DNA of 64,000 nt from a virus (taxonomy: Duplodnaviria > Caudoviricetes). Of this stretch, positions 1 through 10,063 are shown piece by piece. The translations under genes and the position numbers were made by a program. Positions within the stretch are counted from its first letter, which is position 1. The number at the start of each line of letters is the position of its first letter. The stretch is taken from positions 32,001 through 96,000 of IMG/VR virus record IMGVR_UViG_3300014203_000012; one strand, written 5' to 3'. Under the pieces are notes generated by a model that was not told where the DNA came from, did no database searches, and saw only the letters and a list, made by a program, of their open reading frames with translations.

Positions 1-2
1 TT

Positions 3-1367
3 AATGAAAGTAAGATCGCCGCAGCAACAAAAATTGGAATGCAGGGTCTTGCTAAGTTTGATAAATCATTGCAAGATGTAAAGAAAAAGTTCTATAATAT
101 GGATGCTACAGCGGCTGATGGTTTTATTGTTGGTGATAAAAGTGAAGATATGGAGTTAAAAATTCCAGGATGTGTTGTCAAAATTCTTGACCATACAATG
201 GTTAAGCCACTATATATAGAAGATATATGCTTAGGGTACTTCTATATAGAATGTGATAAAAATATGGATATGGATCAAAATACATTTGCTAATACGTTAG
301 GTGGTATCAAACCTGGAGCTAATAGAAACTCTAATATGGGGTTAGACCAAGAACAAGATAGTGTAATTCTTAAAAAGATTGCTAGTGAGATTTCTGACAA
401 TATCGATAAGAAATTCATTAATGCCAATCAAGATTTATCTAAAGAAATCTATCTTATTCTTAAATATAACCGTGATGTTGGCGCTGATGGTAAGATAAGT
501 AAAATCAAAGTTACATTCATTCCGCCAGAAGATATGGTACATGCATACTTTGATAAAGATCCAAAGAGTAATCGTGGTATTTCTGGATTACTGAGAGCAT
601 TGTTCCCAGCTAAGTTATATTCTTGTCTTTATATCACAAATACCATTACTATTCTTACCAGAGGTCAAGACAAACATGTGTACTATGTAAAACAATCGGT
701 TGATACAAATATAGCAAATGTATTGCTTAGTACAATCAATCAAATAAAGAAATCTAACTTCGGTCTTAGACAAATCGAGAATATGAATAATATCATGAAT
801 ATCACAGGTAGGTTTAATGATTATATTATTCCTAGAAGCCCAAGCGGTGAAGCTCCTGTTGATTTCGAAGTTATGCAAGGACAAAATGTAGAAATAAAAA
901 CAGATCTCATGAATATGCTTGAAGAGATGGCGGTTAATAGTACAGATGTACCATTAGAAGTCATTGCCGCTAGACAGCAATTAGATTTTGCTACTCATTA
1001 CACAATGAGTAATACTAAATTCTTACGTAAAGTCTACAATAGACAATCCAAATTTAAGAAGATCTGTGATAGAATACTTACAAAGGTATATGATGCAGAG
1101 TTTGATTGCGAAGACAGCATTGATACAACTTTGCCCCCTCCAATGTATCTAAATCTTATCAATACTGGACAGATATTCCAATCAACAAATGAAATGGTTC
1201 AAAACACAACAGATATGTATGCCGGAGATCAATCTGCCGATGTACAAGCAAATTTTAGTAGATCTCTTAAAAAGTATTATCTGGCTACGTTCTTACCTAC
1301 CGATGAGATAGAAAAGATGCTTGATATGGCTAAGATGCTTGCTAAAGCAAATCCTACAGAACAATAG
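3..1367 (+). CDS. Portal protein (T4 gp20-like fold), 5' end lies outside the window
   Basis: The frame is open from nt 3, upstream of the Met at 39. The C-terminal half (TRGQDKHVYYV...NDYIIPR...VMQGQNVE...TDVPLEVI) resembles T4-gp20-type portals. Adjacent to tail genes. Confidence 0.7.
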   Translation, partial: NESKIAAATKIGMQGLAKFDKSLQDVKKKFYNMDATAADGFIVGDKSEDMELKIPGCVVKILDHTMVKPLYIEDICLGYFYIECDKNMDMDQNTFANTLGGIKPGANRNSNMGLDQEQDSVILKKIASEISDNIDKKFINANQDLSKEIYLILKYNRDVGADGKISKIKVTFIPPEDMVHAYFDKDPKSNRGISGLLRALFPAKLYSCLYITNTITILTRGQDKHVYYVKQSVDTNIANVLLSTINQIKKSNFGLRQIENMNNIMNITGRFNDYIIPRSPSGEAPVDFEVMQGQNVEIKTDLMNMLEEMAVNSTDVPLEVIAARQQLDFATHYTMSNTKFLRKVYNRQSKFKKICDRILTKVYDAEFDCEDSIDTTLPPPMYLNLINTGQIFQSTNEMVQNTTDMYAGDQSADVQANFSRSLKKYYLATFLPTDEIEKMLDMAKMLAKANPTEQ

Positions 1368-1371
1368 ACAC

Positions 1372-1411
1372 TATATATCCCCGTATACCAATTGGTATAC
1401 GGGGATATATA
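1372..1411. terminator. Bidirectional hairpin between convergent portal and tail tube genes
   Basis: Long near-perfect palindrome atatccccgtatacc-aatt-ggtatacggggatat. Confidence 0.8.
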
Positions 1412-1421
1412 TTTACATTTA

Positions 1422-2267
1422 TCAAACAATACTAGGGGAGACTGCTCCAGTAACACCAGTATTACCGGCAGTTGGCATTTTGGCGATTGCGCTATATCCG
1501 AATTTTGCATCTTCGAAGATAGTGTTTTCATTAATCCATGCAAGGAATGCAATTGCTTTAGCTGTAATAGCAGGACCAGTGATAGGGAAGCCATTGAATT
1601 GTACATTCAATTCTTTCCAGCCAATATCACCTTTTTCTGCATTGTACATGCTAGTTTCAGCAGTTGTTGGTTGTGCAGATACGATCAGGTAAGCCTTTTC
1701 AATCTTACGGCAAGTATTATCAGTTACGAAGTATAAGAACTGGAATGTTTCATACTCATATCCTGCTTCATCCATAATCGCTGTACCACCAGAAGTGCTT
1801 GCTTTTAACAGACCGTTGTATGTCTTAACTTGAGTACGAGGATCTTTAATACCACGAAGGAATAATTCATGAACCTTCGTAAATACAGAACCTTGGCGCT
1901 CGAAATACCGCATAGTGAATTGCGATGCAGATTGCATAGTTACTTTAGTAATTACATTCAGCGTCGAAATACCATTAGTGATTTCAGAAGTATCTGTAGT
2001 GATATCCTCGATACCATCAATACCTCTGAAGTCATACTCAAGAATATGGCGATAAATGTCAATCAACGTCTTATATTCTGAATTGCTTGTAGCAAGAGTT
2101 TCTAAGAACGTAGGAATCTTGAGCGTGATTAAAAACGGATACCCTGTCTCAAAATTATTAAACTGAGTCAGGTTCGAAAAGTCTGTAACGCCGCGACCAA
2201 GTGTATACGCGGTCACGTCGCGTGGACTTGCAGTGTTAGCAAAAATACTATTAATAGTCTCAGACAT
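1422..2267 (-). CDS. Tail tube protein
   Basis: 281 aa, immediately downstream of the sheath gene. Tube-like pattern (FRGIDGIEDIT...FTMRYFE...LRGIKDPRT...ELNVQFNG). Confidence 0.7.
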   Translation of the reverse strand: MSETINSIFANTASPRDVTAYTLGRGVTDFSNLTQFNNFETGYPFLITLKIPTFLETLATSNSEYKTLIDIYRHILEYDFRGIDGIEDITTDTSEITNGISTLNVITKVTMQSASQFTMRYFERQGSVFTKVHELFLRGIKDPRTQVKTYNGLLKASTSGGTAIMDEAGYEYETFQFLYFVTDNTCRKIEKAYLIVSAQPTTAETSMYNAEKGDIGWKELNVQFNGFPITGPAITAKAIAFLAWINENTIFEDAKFGYSAIAKMPTAGNTGVTGAVSPSIV

Positions 2268-2285
2268 AATCTAATTCCCCTCTCC

Positions 2286-4133
2286 TCACGATGATTTCAG
2301 AGCAGAAATCTTGAAGATTTCAGTCTGAACGAAGTCTTTAAATGTTACTTTGATAACAGCATAGAAGATTTTGTTAGCTTCATATGCCTTATCTCTTGTA
2401 TACACAAGTTCAATTGAATTGAACTTAGTTGTATATTTATCAATGATGGCTTGAACGTCATCCTTATATTTCGTTAAATCGTCACCAGTGATGAAGTTAT
2501 AACGAATTTTAGGACATCTAACACGGATTTCTTTGATAAGTTCTTGAGTCATTAATACATTATGCAACCAAGATAACTGAGTCAGTTTTTCTTGAGAAGT
2601 ATATTCAGATTCAAGAGTGAGTAAATCGCTGTAATACGTAGCATAGTTAATGCGACTATCATCGAAATACTGTTTCTGATCAACCTTGGGAGTATTTTTA
2701 GGAACGAAGTTTACAGTCCCTTTGATTACATCAGGGAATGTAACTTCATACAATTGACCGCAGAATGGACGAGATCTACCATTTAGGAAATGTTTAACGA
2801 AATTTGTACACAGCGTATACATAATCGTTACAGTGATTTGCTTCCTGGTATAAGGATCTTTAACATCCCAGCTGTTATGGTATGATGCACAGAAGCGTGA
2901 TTTGTAACTAGCTACATTAGCCAATGTAATTTCTGCAATTGACTGAAGTGCTAGACCCATATCACGGAAATAGAACATATCTTCACGGAAAACTGTAAGA
3001 TTTTCAATTGCCCGTTTTACGATGGCTGGATAGTCAGCATCAAAAACAACGTCTATTCTGCTATTATCCAAATCATAAATATCATCGCTTGCGGTGCCAT
3101 TGAACACTTTTACAAGTTCAGTTGGATATGTAGCTGCAGTAATAGGACGATCGCCAAATAATCCATTAGTACCACCCATAAGACTAATACCGGTCAAAGA
3201 ATCTAGTTGTACTGTCGCGTCTACAATAATTTGATCGTATGCCGCCCCAAATAGATTGCAACCAAACAATGCATCTGAATATTCAAATTCAGCTATATCA
3301 ATACCAGAAATATATGCAACATTTTCCATGAATGCGGTAATTTCATCTTCAAAAATTCTGCAGCGAACTTGATTGGATTCGGTAGCAATAACATTTTGAA
3401 GAGAAATATTAGAGTCGTTTTCAACAATATCTGGATTCAAGCAGAATGTCATTGATTCGAGATCATTACCATTTTCCATAACTTTTAAAATATATTTTAC
3501 ATAATCAACAGGCCTGCTTGCAGATGTATCTGCATAAAGACGGAATTTCTTATTTGAAACTCCTCGCCCATTATCAGCTATCATGAATAATGGATAATGC
3601 CCATCTTCGCCAACAACATTTGAATGGATATTATCTGCTAAGAATGCAGATGCCATTGAAGGTAAACTATTACCAGCAATACTAACAGTTTTTAATTCAT
3701 ATGAAATTTTACATTTCTGAATCATAACTGGAAGCGTACCAATGGCATTTGTACTTTCAGTAACCCCATCAGTATAAATAGGATTACCATTCTCATCAGT
3801 TTTTTGAATAGTTTCCTTAGAGACTACAGCAACAACCCCTATATTAGCAAGAGTTGCATCTTCAGCTACAATACGTTTGCAGAAAAGTCGACCGCCAGCA
3901 TTAATTACTTTAGCAGCCTGAATTAGAGTCTGCCCATGTTTGTAGAATGATGGAGTTGTTCCATACAATTTAAAGAATTTATCTCCCATAAGTTGTTGAA
4001 ATTCCTCAGGACCTTTATCTGAAGAGAATCCTGTCATAAAGACTGGGCGGTCTAACGTGTCTACTGTCGGAGAAGTTATAGAATCAATATTACTCTGGTC
4101 ATCCCAGATAAACTTCGATTGAGCATAAGACAT
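2286..4133 (-). CDS. Contractile tail sheath protein
   Basis: 615 aa. N-terminal SDKGPE...YG...HGQ...RIVAEDA, middle LMGGTNG and VFDADYP, and a sheath-type C-terminus. GGAGG RBS. Confidence 0.85.
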   Translation of the reverse strand: MSYAQSKFIWDDQSNIDSITSPTVDTLDRPVFMTGFSSDKGPEEFQQLMGDKFFKLYGTTPSFYKHGQTLIQAAKVINAGGRLFCKRIVAEDATLANIGVVAVVSKETIQKTDENGNPIYTDGVTESTNAIGTLPVMIQKCKISYELKTVSIAGNSLPSMASAFLADNIHSNVVGEDGHYPLFMIADNGRGVSNKKFRLYADTSASRPVDYVKYILKVMENGNDLESMTFCLNPDIVENDSNISLQNVIATESNQVRCRIFEDEITAFMENVAYISGIDIAEFEYSDALFGCNLFGAAYDQIIVDATVQLDSLTGISLMGGTNGLFGDRPITAATYPTELVKVFNGTASDDIYDLDNSRIDVVFDADYPAIVKRAIENLTVFREDMFYFRDMGLALQSIAEITLANVASYKSRFCASYHNSWDVKDPYTRKQITVTIMYTLCTNFVKHFLNGRSRPFCGQLYEVTFPDVIKGTVNFVPKNTPKVDQKQYFDDSRINYATYYSDLLTLESEYTSQEKLTQLSWLHNVLMTQELIKEIRVRCPKIRYNFITGDDLTKYKDDVQAIIDKYTTKFNSIELVYTRDKAYEANKIFYAVIKVTFKDFVQTEIFKISALKSS

Positions 4134-4197
4134 TTAATTTTCCTCCTTTATTATACTATTTATTATTTAATTTATACTTACCACAATGCGGTAACTT

Positions 4198-4209
4198 TAT
4201 TCATATGTT
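4198..4209 (-). promoter_or_regulatory. Late-type promoter AACA-N6-TA (sheath-tube operon)
   Basis: AACATATGAATA upstream of the sheath gene; the motif recurs upstream of more than 20 genes. Confidence 0.7.
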
Positions 4210-4267
4210 GGAATCTATACCTTCCAGTTAAACAAGAATTGATTTATCATTCTATTTATATTATTAA

Positions 4268-4279
4268 AACACATGATTA
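4268..4279 (+). promoter_or_regulatory. Late-type promoter AACA-N6-TA (RCC1 copy 1)
   Basis: AACACATGATTA; an equivalent site precedes all four RCC1 genes. Confidence 0.7.
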
Positions 4280-4306
4280 AATATAAAAGAATAAGAGGTG
4301 TTTATA

Positions 4307-5155
4307 ATGGGGCAAAACTACCATTCATTAGTTTTATTAAACGATGGTACAGTAAAAGGATTTGGTTCTAATTATTATGGGCAATTAGGACTAGGTAATA
4401 ATACCGATAGCACTACTCCTACGTTAATACCTAGTCTAAGTAATGTAAAACAAATATCATGTGGTGTCAATTATACTTTAGTTTTACTTAATGATGGTAC
4501 AGTAAAAGGGTTTGGGCATAATGCTTATGGACAATTAGGATTAGGTAATACTACTACTACTATTAGTACTCCTACGTTAATACCTAGTCTAAGTAACGTA
4601 AAACAAATAGCATGTGGTGGTTATTATTCTTTAGTTTTATTAAACGATGGTACAGTAAAAGGATTTGGTCTTAATAGCAACGGTCAATTAGGATTAGGTA
4701 ATGTAGATACACCAAAGAGTACTCCTGTATTAATACCTAGTCTAACTAACGTAAAACAAATATCGTGTGGTAATAATTTTTCATTAGCTTTACTAAATGA
4801 TGGTACAGTAAAAGCGTTTGGGTATAATGTTCAAGGCGAATTAGGTTTAGGTAATGTTACATCCCCATATATGAGTCCTACGTTAATATCTAGTCTAACT
4901 AACGTAAACCAAATAGTTTGTGGTAATAATTTTTCATTAGCTTTACTAAATGATGGTACTGTAAAAGGATTTGGTCAGAATAGCAATGGTCAATTAGGTT
5001 TAGGTAATGTAGATACACCAAAGAGTACTCCTGTATTAATACCTAGTCTAAGTAATATAGTTTTATTATGGGATAATATAGTTCTATTAGTTATATTAAG
5101 AAAAAGATTTGTAATGTTTGTAACTGATACTAAATCAGCATATGGCATTAAATAA
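4307..5155 (+). CDS. RCC1/BLIP-II repeat beta-propeller protein, copy 1 (5 repeats)
   Basis: Five repeats of QIxCGxxHSLVLLNDGTVKGFGxNxxGQLGLGN. ATG at 4307 follows a GAGGTG RBS. Confidence 0.9.
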   Translation: MGQNYHSLVLLNDGTVKGFGSNYYGQLGLGNNTDSTTPTLIPSLSNVKQISCGVNYTLVLLNDGTVKGFGHNAYGQLGLGNTTTTISTPTLIPSLSNVKQIACGGYYSLVLLNDGTVKGFGLNSNGQLGLGNVDTPKSTPVLIPSLTNVKQISCGNNFSLALLNDGTVKAFGYNVQGELGLGNVTSPYMSPTLISSLTNVNQIVCGNNFSLALLNDGTVKGFGQNSNGQLGLGNVDTPKSTPVLIPSLSNIVLLWDNIVLLVILRKRFVMFVTDTKSAYGIK

Positions 5156-5156
5156 T

Positions 5157-5190
5157 ATAAGAGACTATTGCATTGCAATAGTCTCTTATA
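5157..5190. terminator. Bidirectional hairpin terminator
   Basis: tataagagactattgca-t-tgcaatagtctcttata between convergent genes. Confidence 0.8.
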
Positions 5191-5192
5191 TA

Positions 5193-5921
5193 TTATCCCA
5201 TTAATACTTTTTCTAAAGGAGAATTTACTTTCTTATCATTCATTGCAGCATGTACAATAGAATCATCAAAGTTTTCTGAAGTAAGGGCAGAATATGCACT
5301 AACCATCTTAGAAACATCTTTAACACTGATAGATTGGTATTCGTTCATGTTCTTAGAACCAGATAATCTAAATGGTGTATTTGGATCTTTTATTGCCCTA
5401 CAAAGTTCCGATATAACAACACCGAATATCTGTAGAGAAATACCATAACTATTACCGTTAAGATTCATATTGTCAACAAAATAATCTTGTAACACATCGT
5501 ATGGAATAGTGGTAGGGATATTACCAGTAATCACAAAGAGATTAATAAAATCTTCTACATTTTCAATCTCTTGTGGAACTTTAGTATCCACTATGATAGG
5601 ATCTCCTTTTTTAAACCTAAGAAGTCTATAGTCTTGTGTTGTAGAAGATCCGATAAGTTTAATTTCCTTAACCTTATCAACGGTATAAGGTTTAGTTAAA
5701 AACCTAGTAGGATAATGGAACTGTTTTAAAGGACCTTTCTTTCCACTCTTATCTTCTATGGAGTAATCTAGTATTCCTAATATATTGATATAATCACCGG
5801 CAACGAATGCAGTTTTAAGATCAAAATACTTCTCAGGAACATAGAAAACAAACTCTCCTTCTTGGTCGAATAGAATCGCATTGCCTTTCCGTTTTAAGAA
5901 CGGTGGTATTTTATTATCCAT
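5193..5921 (-). CDS. RNA polymerase beta' extreme C-terminal fragment (split subunit, probably virion RNAP)
   Basis: C-terminus FGVVISELCR...ISVKDVSKMVSAYSALTSENFDDSIVHAAM...SPLEKVLMG resembles the beta' C-terminal region (HIEVIVRQM...SFISAASFQE...KENVIVG). Confidence 0.6.
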   Translation of the reverse strand: MDNKIPPFLKRKGNAILFDQEGEFVFYVPEKYFDLKTAFVAGDYINILGILDYSIEDKSGKKGPLKQFHYPTRFLTKPYTVDKVKEIKLIGSSTTQDYRLLRFKKGDPIIVDTKVPQEIENVEDFINLFVITGNIPTTIPYDVLQDYFVDNMNLNGNSYGISLQIFGVVISELCRAIKDPNTPFRLSGSKNMNEYQSISVKDVSKMVSAYSALTSENFDDSIVHAAMNDKKVNSPLEKVLMG

Positions 5922-6586
5922 TAACTATGTCCTCCCATTTTCCAAATATCTAAAGATATCTTTCCTTCATATACAAGCGTTAACCATTGTTTCTCTGGGC
6001 TTATAGGAGTATCGCTTTTTTCTAATAATTTCAATCCAAGAGAATTCCTTGTTTTGTAATTAGCACCATGCTCAACTAAATATTTAGCGACTTCATAGTG
6101 CTCAAATCTACATGCAAATATATATCCCATTTCATCATTGATATTTGGATCTACATGTTTTTCTTCTATAAAATATTTAACTGCATCAAATATCCCATAA
6201 TGGCAAGCTTCTGTAAAAATCATACCTGTTTTACCATTAGGATCTACATTGTGAGTTTCAATTAGAAATAGTAATATATCATTGATATTCTTCTTATAAA
6301 TATTACCAAAACAAAATATCAATAAATCTTCAAGATTAATAGTTGTATTATTTTGTACAACTGCATTTACAACTTTTTTGAATAATCCAAAAGATAAATG
6401 AGTCGCTTGTTCAAGCTCTCTGTCTCCTAATTCAGCTGGATGTACTTTTATAATATACTCTATGGCAGGTATAAGATTTTCTTCTATAACGCGACTGTAT
6501 AAATCTTGTTTATGTAGATAATCTTTCTTACTAATTCCTTTACTGTATAAGAAACTATAAAATTGTTGTTCATTTTTTATTACCAT
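5921..6586 (-). CDS. Ankyrin-repeat-like protein
   Basis: EACHYGIFDAVKYFIEEKHVDPN and FACRFEHYEVAKYLVEHGANYK are ankyrin-type repeats. Confidence 0.75.
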   Translation of the reverse strand: MVIKNEQQFYSFLYSKGISKKDYLHKQDLYSRVIEENLIPAIEYIIKVHPAELGDRELEQATHLSFGLFKKVVNAVVQNNTTINLEDLLIFCFGNIYKKNINDILLFLIETHNVDPNGKTGMIFTEACHYGIFDAVKYFIEEKHVDPNINDEMGYIFACRFEHYEVAKYLVEHGANYKTRNSLGLKLLEKSDTPISPEKQWLTLVYEGKISLDIWKMGGHS

Positions 6587-6660
6587 TATACTTCCCCCCT
6601 ATTTATGTGTATACAAAAGAAAAAATAAAGGCTATGGATTAATCCATAGCCTTTTGTTTA

Positions 6661-7920
6661 TTATAGATTAACTGTTCCAATATTACTTGAAACTCCATTG
6701 ACTGATTCGTCTGTTACTATAAGACCATCCAATGGATCTGGCGATACCATATCAGGGCCAGATGTAGATTGAGTAACTGGATCACTAAATACATTTACAG
6801 GAATAGTGCCATATATGAGGGTACCATATTCTGTTTTACCGCCAACTGTAGTGTTACCAGTGCCAGTACCACCATAAATAATAGCTCCGACAATACTATT
6901 ACCAACAGTATATCCCCCTACAACTGTACCACCAGAGATAATTCCACCTGATGTTACACCACCAGTAGTCTTTCCTTCCAGTATAGTATAAGTTTTATCA
7001 TTAATATTACCAATAGCAGTGCCACCTTGGATGACACCACCGGTTGTGGTTCCACCTAATGCGATATCTCCGGTAACGACAGCGCCAACTGTTACCATAT
7101 CAACTCCAGTAAGAACTCCGTCGCTTACAGTGGAGTTGTATAAGATCGGCTCGATAACAGCACCACCAGTTGTGGTTCCACCTTCTATAGTACTATTCAA
7201 TGATATAACATGTGATACTTCTGTTGCAACAACAGTTGCCCCAACTGTTATATTTCCAGTTTTAACTCCACCTTCAACATTGCCTAAAACCATAATACCA
7301 CTAACAAAAGTTCCAACTGTGATTATACCACCAGCAGTGGAGCCCCCAGATGTAACTATAGTATTACCGTTAGGATTAGCACCAGTAGAAATTCCACCTT
7401 CAGTACTACCAGTTACGTCTCCACCAGTATTTGTACCACCACCAGGAGTTACTGTACCGCCAGTAATATTACCATTATCATCTATCGTAGCATTGGTAAG
7501 TGTAACATTCTTTACTGTACCTACTGTAGTTCCATTGGTATGCTTGCTATTAGAGATGGTAGTATCTTCATCTGCGTATTTAATGAAGACTTTAACCTCT
7601 CTTATCTGACTAGTCTTAATAGTCTTTACATTAGTGCTACAAGCAGCAGACGCATCTATTTTTATAAGATACTCAATTGCTGGCTGTGGAAAAGATTTAT
7701 CTCTCACGTCTGAGATTCTAGCAAGTCCAATTATCCTACCAACAACTTTATTTAAATTGGTAGATTCTAAATATGTAATATCATAAGTCGTTCCAACTTC
7801 TAATCTGATAGTGTAATCATTTTTAGGATCGGAATACCTTAGAGTTACATCTAAACGTAAATCTTGTTCAGTCTCTACATCTAGTAGTGTGATTATATTA
7901 TTTGTTAATAAACTGCTCAT
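6661..7920 (-). CDS. Gly/Thr-rich repeat protein, putative beta-solenoid virion protein
   Basis: About 250 aa of G-G-x-x-x type repeats. AACA-N6-TA promoter at 7953-7964. Flanked by hairpins. Confidence 0.5.
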   Translation of the reverse strand: MSSLLTNNIITLLDVETEQDLRLDVTLRYSDPKNDYTIRLEVGTTYDITYLESTNLNKVVGRIIGLARISDVRDKSFPQPAIEYLIKIDASAACSTNVKTIKTSQIREVKVFIKYADEDTTISNSKHTNGTTVGTVKNVTLTNATIDDNGNITGGTVTPGGGTNTGGDVTGSTEGGISTGANPNGNTIVTSGGSTAGGIITVGTFVSGIMVLGNVEGGVKTGNITVGATVVATEVSHVISLNSTIEGGTTTGGAVIEPILYNSTVSDGVLTGVDMVTVGAVVTGDIALGGTTTGGVIQGGTAIGNINDKTYTILEGKTTGGVTSGGIISGGTVVGGYTVGNSIVGAIIYGGTGTGNTTVGGKTEYGTLIYGTIPVNVFSDPVTQSTSGPDMVSPDPLDGLIVTDESVNGVSSNIGTVNL

Positions 7921-7997
7921 TTATACAAAACCCTCCTCTATTATAAGTAATTTAATAAAATGTTAAGGCTACAGATTGCTCTGTAGCCTTCTATGAT

Positions 7998-9188
7998 TTA
8001 TACACTAAAAAGTTCAGTATGTCTTTTTTCAAGAACTGCAAAGAGAAGTTTAAGATGTTCAATGCATTGAGTAGAGAAATCGGTTTTTGTTGTCCCTGTT
8101 CTTGCAAGTGATACGATATTTCGCATAGAACTATACATGAACCAAATACCAGGTTTATCGTCTGGCTTGATATTCTTAGACACTTCTGCCAGCATAACAA
8201 TAAATGCTTTACATTGGTCTTGGCTTAATTGTAAAATGTGCGGCATGTCAATAAGAGCAACGTTTTTGAGTGCAGTTGTTTTTAAAATACTTTTACTCAT
8301 AACGAAGTCGAAAGAATCACAAGCACGCTCAAATCTTTTTACTTTCTTAGCTAGACCGCGAATGAACGCATCATCTTCAAGAAGTTTTAATTGACGTTTA
8401 AACGTATAAGCATCAGTGTATGCTTTAGACGTCGCAATTATAATAGCTTTTGTAACTTCATCTTCTGTCGCAGCTGCTTGTTCCAACAATTGAACTTCCA
8501 TAAGTTCACGAGTATGTTCAGCATACATATCAACAATTTCAGGGAATGCCATAGCTTTAGACAATTCATCTTGGAATGCTTTACACTCTTTATCTAAAGA
8601 CATTTCTTGAACAAGTTCAGTTACAACCATACGAGCGTATCGATTTATAACTGAATTTTGTCTAATATTTAAAGCTTTGCAGTTTTCTCGGATAACCTCG
8701 TATATTGCTGGTGGTAGTGCCGCAGCTACATTCATATTGGGATCTGCTTTTGCTTTCACCGCAACATTATAAAGTGTGATAAGATCTTTTTCATCTAATG
8801 AATCAATCATAAGGCTATTAATATTTTTAGATTCTGGCTTCTGATCGTAGATTGTGGAAGCAGATCCATCGCCAGCTTTAATATCGGTTGTTTCTTCAGC
8901 AACAGCTGCCTTAAGTTCCTCGTCGCTCATAGTAGCAATTCCAGTATAGAGTTTGTCTTCTTCTGCAGTATATTCTTTCTGGCTGTTAAGAAGAGCTTCC
9001 CTTGCAAATATATTCATAGGTTTCTCTTCTTCTTTAGGTGGAACTTCAGTTCCATCATCATCCATATCTTCCACAGTTTCTTCTAATACTGGAGTTTCCA
9101 CGTTCATTTTTACGTTTTCGTATACTGGAAATGAAGCATCTCCGTCAATTACTATTTCTGCACCTTTTAATTCATTCTCGATTGTCAT
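7998..9188 (-). CDS. Hypothetical protein (acidic N-terminus, helical)
   Basis: 396-aa ORF with a GGGGA RBS. Confidence 0.7.
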   Translation of the reverse strand: MTIENELKGAEIVIDGDASFPVYENVKMNVETPVLEETVEDMDDDGTEVPPKEEEKPMNIFAREALLNSQKEYTAEEDKLYTGIATMSDEELKAAVAEETTDIKAGDGSASTIYDQKPESKNINSLMIDSLDEKDLITLYNVAVKAKADPNMNVAAALPPAIYEVIRENCKALNIRQNSVINRYARMVVTELVQEMSLDKECKAFQDELSKAMAFPEIVDMYAEHTRELMEVQLLEQAAATEDEVTKAIIIATSKAYTDAYTFKRQLKLLEDDAFIRGLAKKVKRFERACDSFDFVMSKSILKTTALKNVALIDMPHILQLSQDQCKAFIVMLAEVSKNIKPDDKPGIWFMYSSMRNIVSLARTGTTKTDFSTQCIEHLKLLFAVLEKRHTELFSV

Positions 9189-9206
9189 TTTAATTTCCCC
9201 TTCTTT

Positions 9207-9989
9207 TTAAAATTGTAAACTACTATTATTATCATTCGGCGTATTAATACGCTGAATTTCTAAACGTATTGCCGTAATCACTAAAGGATAGATTTCTTGG
9301 TTACGCAATAAAGAGCAATATGCTGATTGAAAGAAACTTACTTGTGGGAATAAATGCTGTAAGAATAAATTAGTTGCAATAATATTATTCCCGTAGATAT
9401 AATTTAGAATTGTTTCCATACTAAATTCAACCTGAGTGATATAACCAATTACTTTAGTAAGATTGGAATTGATTAAAGCAATCTTTGGATCGTTATATAA
9501 TTTTTTATTATATAACGTTGTGATATCTTTGGATTTTTTAGTTTCTTCTAAATGCAATGCTTGATAGATTCCATCTTTTTCTCTAGCAATAATCTTAGAG
9601 AAGAAAAGAGAAACATATGCATTGTAGTTAGAAATAAAGAAATCATACATATATTTTGCAGTGGTAAAGAAATCGACTGTCTCGTCGTATCTTATTTCCA
9701 TTTGGAATTCCCTAGCGATCAACTCTATAATTTCTCTATAGGTTTGATCTCTAACCTGCAGTATATTATCCCGATCAGACGGAAACTGAGCGAGAAGTGT
9801 TTTGAAATTGGCTTCGAATGATATTACCAAATTAGGTTTTGGTAATATATCAAAAGATCTGTGCCTTTCAGATAATATATCCTGAATCACGCCAAAGATA
9901 TATTCTGTGCTAAAATTAGATAAAAGAATTGCTACTTCGTTTTCGGCTTGAATATTATAAGCCTGAGAATTGGCAGTGAATGAACTCAT
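9207..9989 (-). CDS. Hypothetical protein
   Basis: 260-aa ORF, AGGAGG RBS, GACA-N6-TA site at 10017-10028. Confidence 0.7.
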   Translation of the reverse strand: MSSFTANSQAYNIQAENEVAILLSNFSTEYIFGVIQDILSERHRSFDILPKPNLVISFEANFKTLLAQFPSDRDNILQVRDQTYREIIELIAREFQMEIRYDETVDFFTTAKYMYDFFISNYNAYVSLFFSKIIAREKDGIYQALHLEETKKSKDITTLYNKKLYNDPKIALINSNLTKVIGYITQVEFSMETILNYIYGNNIIATNLFLQHLFPQVSFFQSAYCSLLRNQEIYPLVITAIRLEIQRINTPNDNNSSLQF

Positions 9990-10063
9990 AAGAATAAACC
10001 TCCTTGTTATATTGATTATAGTACTGTCACGAAGGATATAAAAAATAAAAAGGGAGGATGCTA

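Noticed and set aside
7019-7609. Long antisense or alternate-frame ORFs (e.g. 7019..7609, 28690..29244, 40953..41411, 47064..47669, 61189..61644, 63374..63751)
   Set aside because: These are shadows of codon-biased or low-complexity real genes, with no RBS or promoter
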